Shown piece by piece: positions 50,895 to 64,000 of a stretch of DNA of 64,000 nucleotides. The first letter of the stretch is position 1; every line of letters starts with the position of its first letter. The notes under the pieces are model-generated. The model did no database searches. It was not told the DNA's origin and saw only the letters and a list, made by a program, of their open reading frames with translations. Made by a program: the position numbers and the translations under genes. This DNA is from the human T2T-CHM13v2.0 reference genome, Homo sapiens: the NCBI RefSeq assembly GCF_009914755.1, contig NC_060927.1, one strand, 5' to 3'.

Positions 50895-51253
50895 CCATGG
50901 AATACTATGCAGCCATAAAAAAGGATGAGCTCATGTCCATTGTAGGGACATGGATGAAGCTGGAAACCATCATTCTGAGCAAACTGTTGCAAGGAAAGAA
51001 AACCAAACACCGCATGTTCTCACTCACAGGTGGGAACTGAACAATTAAAACATTTGGACACAGGGTGGGGAACATCACACACCGGGGCCTGTCGTGGGGT
51101 GCAGGGCGGGGGGAGGGATAGCATTAGGAGATATACCTAATGTAATTGACAAGTTAATGGGTGCAGCACACCAACATGGCACATGTATACATATGTAACA
51201 AACTTGCACGTTGTGCACATGTACCCTAGAACTCAAAGTATAATTTAAAAAAA
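50895..51253 (+). mobile_element. 5'-truncated L1PA nested in L1PB
   Basis: L1PA 3'UTR with G-rich tract; TSD AAAAAGTGTGC at 50884-50894 and 51295-51305. Confidence 0.9.
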
Positions 51254-51462
51254 TTCAGGGCATATAAACAATCAAATTTTGTTCTACCACAAAAAAAAAG
51301 TGTGCTAAGGACATGAATAAACAATTCTCAAAAGAAGATATACAAATGGCCAACAAACATATGAAAAAATGCTCAACATCACTAATGATTAGGGAAATGC
51401 AAATCAAAACCACAATGTGATACCATCTTACCCCTGCAAGAATGGCCATAATCAAAAAATTA

Positions 51463-52032
<570 letters not shown>

Positions 52033-52459
52033 TCAATCAATGAGTGGATAAAGAAACTGTGAGATATATATATATATATGATATTCAGCCATAAAAAGGA
52101 ATGAATGAATGGCATTCGCAGCGACCTGGATAATATTGGAGACTATTTTTCTAAGTAAAGTAACTCAGGAATGGAAAACCAAACATCGTATGTTCTCACT
52201 CATAAGTAGGAGCTAAGCTATGAGGATGCAAAGGCATAAGAATGAGACAATGGACTGTGGGGACTCGGGGAAAGAGTGGGAAGGGGGTGAAGGATAAAAT
52301 ACTACAAATTGGGTGCAGTATATACTGCTCGGGTGATGGGTGTACCCAAATTTCACAAATCACCACTAAAGAACTTACTCAGGTTACCAAACACTACCTG
52401 TTCCCCAATAACCTATGGAAATAAAACAACTAAAATAAATAAATAAAATGAAAAAAATA

Positions 52460-53520
<1,061 letters not shown>

Positions 53521-54059
53521 TTCATGGTTATAACTGCTATACTGTGCCACCTCTTTGCTGTTTGCTGTCCTGGAAACAGCAGGCGAGAGCTAGTGGCCTT
53601 CTCAGTGTTTGCTTTTCTCTTCAGGTTGCCAGCTTTACTCAGTTACCTGTCTAACCCACGTGGGTATATTAAATTGGTCTCCCAACGTTAAGTAACTTGT
53701 CCAAAGTTACATGGTGTGTCAGCAAAGTTTTGAACTCAGGTCTCCTGATTTGCAGAGAACTGCATCAGAAATTTAAAAATTCTGTGTATCTATGCATTTA
53801 TGTGTATATTTAGATGCATACACACTCTTTGACTCCTCCCTGTACACAGTTCTAACCCAATATGATAATTCCCAAGTTTGATCCTTTGCTTTCTGTAGTA
53901 TACTCTTTCCTTCTCCGATTGCATCTACTCATAGATTTCTTCTCTTATTCTTTGCAAATGACTGCAATTCTGATTTTCAGCCCCTAATTTCTGACTGCTG
54001 TAAGTCACTTGCGTATTGTGGTGTTACGAGGTATACACACACATACATACACACATTTT

Positions 54060-54752
54060 CAAGCACGGTCCCTGACTCCCATAGCCTTGTTAAGTCTTTT
54101 GTTATAATGCCAGTTGTGTTAGGCCTCAGGGGCAGGCCTCAGGAAACAGAATCTCTCTGGCCTCTCCTGCTCTCCTTTCACCTGCCCCAAGGCAGAACTC
54201 TAATCTTGCTGATTGTGGGTCTTAAATACCTCCTGAGAGCTCCTGCCCCATCCCTTGGAGGAAGGAATGCTGATAACATAAAGTTCCCATAAAGGCCAAT
54301 AGAACTGGGTTTGGAGAGCTTCTAGATAGCTGACCACGTTCGTGGAGGTTCTGGAGGGCATGGAAGCTTTGTGCCCCTCCTCCCATACTTTGCCCTACAC
54401 ATCTCTTCCTTGTAGCCTTTGCAACATCCTTTATAATAAACCAGGAAACATGTTTCCATGAGTTCTGTGAGCTGCTCCAGCAAGTTATTCAAACCCAAAG
54501 ATGGGATCATGGCAACCCCAACTTGAAAGTGGTTGGTCAGAAGTTCTGGAGTCCAAGACATATGACTGGTGCCGGTGTGTCTTCCTCAGGTAGACAGTGT
54601 TGGAATTGAATAGGAGGATACCCAGCTGGTGTCCGCTGCTTGGTGGTAGGGAGGAACCCCCTCACATTTGGTCCCAGAATTCTTCTGTGATGATGATTGT
54701 TGTGGTGGTGATGTAAGAGCAGAGGAAAAACACGGAGAGTTTTCCTGGAACA
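54060..54752 (+). mobile_element. MER21-like ERVL LTR
   Basis: Blocks resembling MER21 (ATAATAAACC...TGAGTTCTGTGAGCTGCTC; GGATACCCAGCTGGTGTC); boundaries approximate. Confidence 0.65.
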
Positions 54753-55792
54753 CATATCCACCTCTCCCCCAAAAACTGAGCTCACGTTCCCCTAGACTCA
54801 CCTCATACTATGAAGCGGCAGCTGGAGGAATGCTGATGGAAAGGAGAGACCAGTTAGGAAGTGCCTGTAGCAGTCTCCCCAAGGTGAGGAAGGCCTACCT
54901 GTGGACGGTGGTGGTGGGAACTGAAAGGAGGAATCAGGGACATTTCCTGAGAGTAAGAAGAGCCCTGTCCCTTACCAGAGGTGGGGAATGAAAGACTCGA
55001 AAGTCACTGAAGTGACTTAGGTTTTCTTGGAGGGCTGGAAAGCAGGGAGAATTAGAAAACTGGGCATAAATTGTGGTGCCTGTAAGTGCTGGGTGGAGAA
55101 GCTCTTTTGGAGGTGATACATTTAGTTTCACATAGTTGAGTTGGAACTGATGTTGAGACATGTAAATAGAGATGGCGGCAGCCGGAGATGTTGAAATAGG
55201 TCCTCTGGAGTAAAAATAAAAATCTGACTAGTAACAGCCTGGAAATGGTCATTAAGCCTGTGAGACATGGGTAGAAATGAGAATAGAGACTGAAAAGGCA
55301 CACCAGATTTTTAGCTGGGCTTTCAAGATCCATTTGGCCTGGTAGTTTTGTTTTTTGGCCTATTTTCATACGTCAGATGAACAGGAACATGGAAACGAAG
55401 GCAGAGCTGCTGCAGAGAAGGGACAGTGAGGGGAGTGGTGGTGGGGAGGGCTGCACAAACTTCACCCTTCAGCCAGATTCTTCTTCCTTTGCCTCTAAAT
55501 CCTTTCACATACAGGTGAGGAAAAGGTCCTGAGGGTGAGGTGATTTGCCCTAGGTATTAACATCTAATCAGTGTCAGAGCCAGAACCAGAACCCAGTGAC
55601 TAGCTTTTCCATTGTGCCCAGAAAGTTCTAAAGAAAGGTTTAAAAAGCGCACTTTCATTTAGCTTTTCCTTTTCTAGGAACACCCCTAGTGCCCAAGTCA
55701 GCAGTTTCCCTGCATGTGACAGAGGGACACAGTACCCATAGGCTTTTGGTCTTGATGGCCTTCTCCTGGTCCTGCTTCTCTCTCTCTCTCTC

Positions 55793-56120
55793 TTTTTTTT
55801 TTTTAATGGAGTCTGGCTCTGTCACCCAGGCTGGTGTGCAGTGGCACAATCTCGGCTCACCGCAACATTCGCCTCCCAGGTTCAAGTGATTCTGCTGTCT
55901 CAGCCTCCTGAGTAGCTGGGATTACAGGTGTGTGCCACCACGCCCAGCTAATTTTTGCATTTTTAGTAGAGACGGGGTTTCACCATGCTGGTCAGGCTGG
56001 TCTCGAGCTCCTGACCTCTTGATCCACCTGCCTCCACCTCCTGAAGTGCTGGGATTATGTTAATTATTAAATCTAGGAGGAGGACACAGCTGTTCCTCCA
56101 CCAGGCAGTGGCGCCCGGCC
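55793..56120 (-). mobile_element. Alu with a foreign patch near its 5' end
   Basis: Alu consensus to 56058, resumes with GCGCCCGGCC 56111-56120. Confidence 0.88.
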
Positions 56121-56219
56121 TGGTCCTTCTCCTCTAATGGCTCCTTCCCAGGCTCCACAGGCCCTTCTTCTTTTGCGTGTGCCTTTCATACTCCGCTTGT
56201 GTGTTCTCATCCAAATTCA

Positions 56220-56498
<279 letters not shown>

Positions 56499-57194
56499 TT
56501 AGGACCACTATTAGTTACAATGTTAGTCCAATAAATTTGGAAATCTAGATGAATTTTTTTAACAGGTTGTAAGTGACCACAGGTTGACCCTGAAACCTCA
56601 TAGGTTAATAAGCATAGCAGAAATGAAAAGGTTTTTAAAGATCTTCCTGCTACAAAGCCAAGTCCAGATAGTCTCTTAAGCTGCAGAAAGACCATAACTG
56701 CTATGTATTTCCCCCCAATTTTTTTTTATGAAAGCTTAAAATTTTAAACTTCTACAAAGTTTTAATCTAGTACCATGAACAGCTGTGTCCTCCTCCTAGA
56801 TTTAATAATTAACATTTTGCCATATTTGCTTTATCTTATGTGTTTTCTTTTTGCTGACGATTTTCAAGTCAAACATTCTGATGGTTCATCCCTAATACTT
56901 CCTCATTTTCTAAGAGTAAAGAATTGTCACAAGCACAACACTATAGCACACAAAATAATTCAGAAAAGCATCAAATATCTCGTTCATATTTAAATCTCCC
57001 TAGTTGCCCCCAAAATGTTTTTATAGTGTTCTTTTACAAACCAAGATCTGTTTCAGTATAAACTATTCTGGGGCATTCCAAAAGGTGGTTAAGTTTTGGA
57101 TTTTTGTTCCACAAGTCTGACAAGGCACAAAAACACAAAACACGAAAATTAAAAAGCAATCTAATAAATAAAAATGCAAAAATCATAGTCTATA

Positions 57195-57545
57195 GGCTGG
57201 GCGCAGCAGCTCACGCCTATAATTCCAGCACTTTGGGAGGCTAAGGCAGTAGGGTCTTGAGCTCAGGAGTTTGAGACCAGCCTGGGCAAAATAGCAAGGC
57301 CCCACCTCTATTAAAAGTAAAAAACTTAAAAAAAAAAAAAAAAAGAAAGAAAGAAAGAAAAAGAAAAAAGGAAAAGAAATAGCTAGGTGTGGTGGTGTGT
57401 GCCTGTAGTCCCAGCTACTTGGGAGGCTGAGGACGGAGGATCGCTTGAGCCGGGAGGTTGAGGCTGCAATGGGCTGAGACTGCTGCACTGCACTCCTGAC
57501 TGGATGACAGAGTGAGACCCTGTCTAAAACAAACAAACAAAAAAG
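57195..57545 (+). mobile_element. Alu (J-type) with expanded A/(GAAA)n linker
   Basis: Dimer, linker 57313-57380. Confidence 0.88.
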
Positions 57546-57949
57546 GATATTAGCAAAGAGATGACAATGTATTCGAGGACTGACTTATTGAGGGCATGGC
57601 GTTGAACCCTCAGCATCTTTCCCGTTGGCCTAGCAGCCTTGTAGTCAGATTTTACAGACGTCTCGCGTGCCTAAACCAACCAGGGTCATTCCGTCCCCGT
57701 CACAGAGACTTGTTCAAATAGCTCAAGCCCATCAGCATACGGTGTTAACCTGGCCACAGAGGTGATTCAACCAGCTAGAAGTTCAGTCCTTTTGCGGAGA
57801 ATCAGCAAACGCTACAAATCAGGGCTTTCCTCCCTGAAAAGTCTGGTTGTTAAGACATTCACCAGCACACCACCTCGACTTAGGCCGTTCCCTTTTGCCC
57901 TTTGCCTTTCGAGGCATGCTTTTTCCGGACTGTGTTGCAATTAACCATT

Positions 57950-58470
57950 TCTCGTTGGTCCGTCCTGGTGTTACAGGCGCACTGGAATGAACGCAGACCC
58001 TTCTCTCCTCCCGGCCGGGGCCAGGAGGAGGGGTGGGGCGGGGCCTCTGACGCGGTCCCCGCCCCACCGTAGCGACGCCGCGGTCCGCCGGATCTCCAGC
58101 GCTCAGTCCGCGCCGCAGGTGGTGCTTGTCTGCAGAGTCATGACCTGTAAGTGGCGCGGCCGCGCGCTGCAGCTCGAGTTCGGGCCGCGGGGGGAGGCTT
58201 TGGAGCGGCGCCGGCGGTGGCTCGGCCGGCTCAGCCCCTCCGCCCCGCGTCCCCGCCGTGCGCGGCCTTCCCTGAGGCGGGCGTCCGCGTGGGTCCGGGA
58301 TCGCGTGGCCGGGCGGCCGGGCGCACTCCCGGGATTCCAGGCTTCCGGGGTGGCGGGCGAGGCCCAGAAAGCACCAGGCCACCCGGCCGCGCCGGCACCC
58401 GCCGCGTCCTGCTTGACAGAGGCTGATGGACGTGTATTTCTCCACGGTGTGGGCCGCGGTGGTAGGATCC
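57950..58470. promoter_or_regulatory. NIT2: CpG island / NIT2 promoter with GC boxes
   Basis: Dense CpG; GGGGCGGGG ~58035-58043, CCCCGCCCC 58057-58065; ETS-like TTCCGG near 57923 and 58343. Confidence 0.9.
58140..58146 (+). CDS. NIT2: NIT2 exon 1 coding part (ATG ACC T)
   Basis: gtcATGacct|gtaagt; joins exon 2 to give [11 protein letters not shown]. Confidence 0.92.
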
Positions 58471-59071
58471 AACTCCCTTGGGTGTTTTCAAGTTGCGTGA
58501 CCTCCTCCAGCCCCGCCCTGCACAAAGGTGCCCAGGCGGTTCTTCGTCTCCCCACTCACTTTCCAGCTCCAGATTTTGACTTGGATTCTTGCTGTGTCAC
58601 TTACTTTGTTCAGTGACTTTGTGCAGCTTTCCCCCTGCAAGTCCCCTGTTTCTTTATTTGTAAAATGATGTTAATGATACCTCACACAATGATGTTAATG
58701 TGTGAAGGACCTGGCACATTGCTTTAAATGTTATTCCTTTGTTGTTTCCTTCGCTCACAGTATTTTATTCTTTTTTTCCGCCCCTTGGTAAGGTCTTCGT
58801 TGTTAGATTATGATGAATATTAGGGCAGCCTTAAAAGTCTTCACTTTACAGATGAGATGGAGTGACGGGCGTCTCCTCCTCAGCATGAGGAACTGCCCAG
58901 TGGCGGGGTTTCCCTGCTGCAGCATGTCTGTAGAGTGGGTCATTTGCAGAATGATAGGCAGTCCTAAGCTTAGTTGAGGACCCCGCCCTTGTGGGTGAGA
59001 TGTGTAGGAGAGGAAGCCATCAGCGTAGCCATGGTGAGCTTTATCTTTCCCACCCTCGGAAGCACAGACAT

Positions 59072-59298
59072 GGCCCGGCACGTGGCTCACGCCTGTAATC
59101 CCAACAGTTTGGGAAGCTGAGGCACGAGGATCGCTTGAGTTCACGAGTCAAGAGTTGGAGACCAGCCTGGGCAACATGGCGACACCTTGTCTGTACTAAA
59201 AAATACAAAATTAGCCCGGTGTGGTGGCACGCCCCTTTAGTCCCAAACTACTTGGGAAGCTGAGGAGGGAGAATGGCTTAACGCTGGGAAATGGAGGG
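59072..59298 (+). mobile_element. Alu, 3'-truncated
   Basis: Alu consensus, no tail. Confidence 0.85.
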
Positions 59299-59674
59299 GA
59301 GACGTTTAGTGGATTTATCTGCTGTTCTGATAACAGCTCAAAATATCTGTTTGCCCCAGAATAATCCCAGCTTTTATTTCCTGTTTTAGTTTCCCTTCAG
59401 ATTCTATAACTATTTAGCAGGCTGCCTTCAGGGTTAAATTTAGTGCTTCTCACTATATTTAGGATAGATCAAGGAATGGGACATCTGAGTTTTCCTTTTA
59501 GTTAACCCTGAGCCAAACAGGCCTTCATCAGAGGCCAGGGTTTGTCATTGTTGCCTTTTCTGGAGACATTTGCGTTGTTACAGGAAACACCCAAAAGAGA
59601 TAGCTCTCTAATGGTAGGATTTTCAGACTTTGGAGCAGAGGTGGGATGGGAAGTTCGGGCAGGCCATTACTAAT

Positions 59675-60640
59675 TGAAGGGGTGGGTTGCCCCTCCACAC
59701 CTGTGGGTGTTTCTCGTTAGGTGGAACGAGAGACTTGGAAAAGAAAAAGACACAAACAAAGTATAGAGAAAGAAGTAAGGGGGCCCAGGGGACCAGCGTT
59801 CGGCATACGGAGGATCCCGTCGGCCTCTGAGTTCCCTTAGTATTTATGATCATTCTTGGGTGTTTCTCGGAGAGGGGGATGTGGCAGGGTCATAGGATAA
59901 TAGTGGAGAGAAGGTCAGCAGATAAACACGTGAACAAAGGTCTCTGCATCATGAACAAGGTAAAGAATTAAGTGCTGTGCTTTAGATATGCATACACATA
60001 AACATCTCAATGTCTTAAAGAGCAGTATTGCTGCCCGCCTGTCCCCCTTCCAGCCCTAAGGCGGTTTTCCCTATCTTAGTAGATGGGACATAGAATCGGG
60101 TTTTATACCGAGACATTCCGTTGCCCAGGGACGGGCAGGAGACAGATGCCTGCCTTCCTCTTGTCTCAACTGCAAAGAGGCGTTCCTTCCTCTTGCACTA
60201 ATCCTCCTCAGCACAGACCCTTTACGGGTGTCGGGCTGGGGGACGGTCAGGTCTTTCCCTTCCCACGAGGCCATATTTCAGACTATCACATGGGGAGAAA
60301 CCTTGGAGAATACCTGGCTTTCCTAGGCAGAGGTCCCTGCGGCCTTCCGCAGTGTTTGTGTCCCTGGGTACTTGAGATTAGGGAGTGGTGATGACTCTTA
60401 AGGAGCATGCTGCCTTCATGCATCTGTAACAAAGCACATCTTGCACAGCCCTTAATCCATTTAACCCTGAGTGGACACAGCACATGTTTCAGAGAGCTCG
60501 GGGTTGGGAGTAAGGTTATAGTTTAACAGCATCTCAAGGCAGAAGAATTTTTCGTAGTACAGAACAAAATGGAGTCTCCTATGTCTACTTCTTTCTACAC
60601 AGACACAGTAATAATCTGATCGCTCTTTCTTTTCCCTACA
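59675..60640 (-). mobile_element. HERV-K(HML-2) solo LTR, LTR5 family (length closest to LTR5_Hs)
   Basis: 966 bp; minus strand reads TGTAGGGAAAAGAAAGAG...CAACCCACCCCTTCA; CTAAT duplicated on both sides. Confidence 0.93.
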
Positions 60641-60674
60641 CTAATAATTCCTGAAGTTTTGCAGAGCTTCATAG

Positions 60675-61430
<756 letters not shown>

Positions 61431-62171
61431 TATTAGCTAATGGAAAGTGATTATCATAAAAGCTAAAAGGGAACTTTAAAGAACAGAAGAAAAGCAAATA
61501 TGATGTATAGCTACTACCTCCAGGAAGAAATAAGCTTGGAAGAGCCCCCAACCTCCTTGCTCCAGGGCTGAGCACAGACCTTGTCAGGGCTGGCTACATA
61601 ATTTGTGGGGCCCAGTTCCCTTGTTCAGATAGCAAGAGAAAAGTGCTGTTAGCTTTTCCTTCTGCAGTATCTCTTTCAACCTCTCATGGTGTTATTTGCT
61701 GTTTAATGTCATGTTCTCTTGGACACATGAATACTTATGGGGTAAGTGCAGACTTTTAGAGGTGCCTGGGACCCCTGTCCTGTGAATAGGCATGTGTGCA
61801 GCTCACTGGCTGCCAGGTTTTCCCTCTGCCAGCAGCGGGATCGATGTGCTGTGACCCAGCCAGTAGTGGGGAAACTGAGACAGACATCTTCCCTTCCCAT
61901 GAGCTGGGCTGCTCATGGGAATTATGTGAGCAGCTTCCAAGGAATCACACTTTCTGTGCTGGGACATACTCAGTATATGGATTGGAGGTAGACGAGAGGC
62001 CCATGAACAAACAGTAAGGGACAGGACCATATTCAAACCCAGTCTTTTTACTTTAAGCCATATTCTCATTTCATTCCCTACACTGCGTAGTAAGAAGCTG
62101 GTTCACTCTAGATTCTTGTGCCTGGCATGGGACTTTGCCCATGGATATTGCTCTATCTCCAGATAGATTTT

Positions 62172-62375
62172 AGACTATTGACATTTTGGACAGGATAATT
62201 CTTCGTTGTGTTATGGAGGGGGTTGTCCTATGCATTGTAGGATGTTTGGCAGTATCCTTGGTCTCTATTCATTAGATGCCACTCATACCTCATCAGTTGT
62301 GGCATCAAAGGTATCTTCAGACATTGTCAGATGTCCCCCCGGGGACATAACTGCCTTCCATTTGAGAACTATGGC
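62172..62375 (-). mobile_element. MER20
   Basis: CTATTGACATTTTGG...GCATTGTAGGATGTTT...TTGAGAACTATG. Confidence 0.8.
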
Positions 62376-62435
62376 TCTGTCTGAATCCAGCAGTTCGATC
62401 TTCTGATAGCTGTTTTCTTTTGTCTTTGTTCTCAG

Positions 62436-62554
62436 CTTTCCGCTTGGCCCTCATCCAGCTTCAGATTTCTTCCATCAAATCAGATAACGTCACTCGCGCT
62501 TGTAGCTTCATCCGGGAGGCAGCAACGCAAGGAGCCAAAATAGTTTCTTTGCCG
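62436..62554 (+). CDS. NIT2: NIT2 exon 2 ([13 protein letters not shown]...GAKIVSLP), nitrilase-fold omega-amidase
   Basis: ttctcag|CT, CCG|gtcagt; 119 nt. Confidence 0.96.
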
Positions 62555-63163
62555 GTCAGTATGGGAGCAGCCATTCTGTTCTAGCCACTGTACACCCAAG
62601 CAGAACGGTGTTTGCTAGCTCTGGTTGTCCTCTTGTATCCTGGGGTCCAGCAGTGTCCCTTGGAGCCCATAGATTGTTCCGAGTCTGACTGGAGGATGAC
62701 CTTAGCAAGGTTCTTTGTGAGATAGGATGTGCCAACACGGTCATAGGTCTTTAGGTTTTGGATCTTCCTCTTTGTTCAGATGAGGAAGCCAAAATCCTAG
62801 TATATTGAGGGACTTACGGAAAACTAAAATACTCAGTGCTTGGATACTTTGTTCCTTATTTAACTAAGTCTTTATAGAACCAGAACATATTGGTTTTAGC
62901 ACTAAGCCTCCAACATTTTTTTTTTAAATGAGCTCTGGGAGAACACCTGTGATTTGTCTCCTCCAACCCACTAGGCTAGCTTTGTAGTCTTACCTGTGGC
63001 TACAGGCTCTTTACCCTTGAGATGTCAGTGTTTTTCTTATTAGCTGTGTTTTAACCCTTCGACTGAAAGCAGAGCTAGAAGCAGCAGCTATGGCCTCTTA
63101 CAGCAGAACTTTAAAATGGGTGGGTGTTTTGATCTTTTTTTTTCTCTGCCAATATTTTTCTAG

Positions 63164-63284
63164 GAATGCTTTAATTCTCCATATGGAGCGAAATATTTTC
63201 CTGAATATGCAGAGAAAATTCCTGGTGAATCCACACAGAAGCTTTCTGAAGTAGCAAAGGAATGCAGCATATATCTCATTGGAG
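63164..63284 (+). CDS. NIT2: NIT2 exon 3 ([17 protein letters not shown]...IYLIG); first codon is catalytic Glu43
   Basis: ttctag|GAA, GAG|gtaact; nitrilase LPE motif; gene continues past the window. Confidence 0.96.
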
Positions 63285-63419
63285 GTAACTTCCTACCCAC
63301 AAGGTATAATGACCTAAACATTAGAAACATCTGAATGAGTCAGGTGTGGTGGCGTGCGCCTGTATTCCCTACTTGGGAAGCTTCAGCTTGGGAAGCTGAA
63401 GCAGAGAGTTTCTTTTTCT

Positions 63420-63712
63420 TATTTATTTATTTTTTTTGAGGTGAGGTCTTGCTTTGTCACCCGTGCTAGAGTACAGTGGTGTGATCATGGCCCACTGCAG
63501 CCTCACCCTACGAGGCTCAAGTGATTCTCCCACCTCCTGAGTAGCTAGGACTGCAGGTGTGCGCCACCATGCCTGGCTGATTTTTGTATTTTTTTGTAAA
63601 GACAGAGTTTCACCTTGTTGCCCAGGCTGGTTTTGAACTCCTAGGCTCAAGCAGTCTGCCCACCTTGGCCTTCCAAAGTGCTAGGATTACAGGTGTGAGC
63701 CATCATGCCAGG
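63420..63712 (-). mobile_element. Alu (J-type), preceded by a short + strand Alu fragment at 63338-63405
   Basis: Alu consensus. Confidence 0.88.
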
Positions 63713-64000
63713 ACTGTTTTTTACTATACTAATAGAGGATTGAGAAAAAAAATTTTTTTCCATAGAGGCCACATACATAAAGGTAGCTTTATTTTTGTGG
63801 TTTTGGAATAAATGTTTAAAGGTTTTATTTGCTTAAATAAAAAATAAACACAGAAAAATTCTATAAATATAGCAAATACAATTTTTTCTGTATGATGATA
63901 TATTAAGAATTAGAAATGAAGGCAAAGCAAGAAGCCTGGAGATGAAACTGCATTCAGTGATGGAGAGGCTTCTGACTTTACGTTCTCATCTTTTGGGACA

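Noticed and set aside
56098-56116. CCACCAGGCAGTGGCGC as a CTCF site
   Set aside because: Has 3 extra bases relative to the core CCACCAGGTGGCGC; poor match
57819-58616. Long overlapping ORFs (217, 209, 150 aa) on both strands at the CpG island as new genes
   Set aside because: Stop-poor GC-rich DNA with low-complexity R/P/G/A translation; the + ORF runs through the NIT2 exon 1 donor. Only its in-frame 5' part is kept as a lead.
59623-60483. ORFs within the HERV-K LTR; possible SVA or provirus
   Set aside because: Complete LTR with TG..CA ends and TSD, with no VNTR, hexamer or gag/pol/env: a solo LTR

Overview
Primate (human-like) genomic DNA that I recognise as the TBC1D23-NIT2 locus (human chr3q12). 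The + strand carries TBC1D23 coding exons 2-19 (2992-47010; exon 1 lies upstream of the window) and a ~1.6 kb 3'UTR. A ~9.5 kb repeat-rich spacer follows, then the CpG-island promoter and exons 1-3 of NIT2 (omega-amidase). All 21 coding exons were placed by hand on GT-AG junctions with consistent phases. The TBC1D23 exons sum to 2047 nt, which gives 699 aa + stop if exon 1 supplies 53 nt. The rest is ~40 Alus, L1/L2/MIR fragments, DNA transposon fossils, MaLR/MER21 LTRs and a full-length HERV-K(HML-2) solo LTR in NIT2 intron 1. Almost all ORFs in the supplied track are Alu/L1/LTR or GC-rich shadow ORFs. I see no evidence of a wholly new biological system. Best leads: an in-frame upstream ATG giving an Arg-rich N-terminal extension of NIT2; a possible intronic polyadenylation isoform of TBC1D23 using a tiny L1 insertion; an antisense HML-2 LTR with damaged polyA and OCT4 sites; an L1 3' transduction; and the splicing-regulatory region around the 45-nt cassette exon. 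Repeat boundaries and subfamilies are by eye and approximate.
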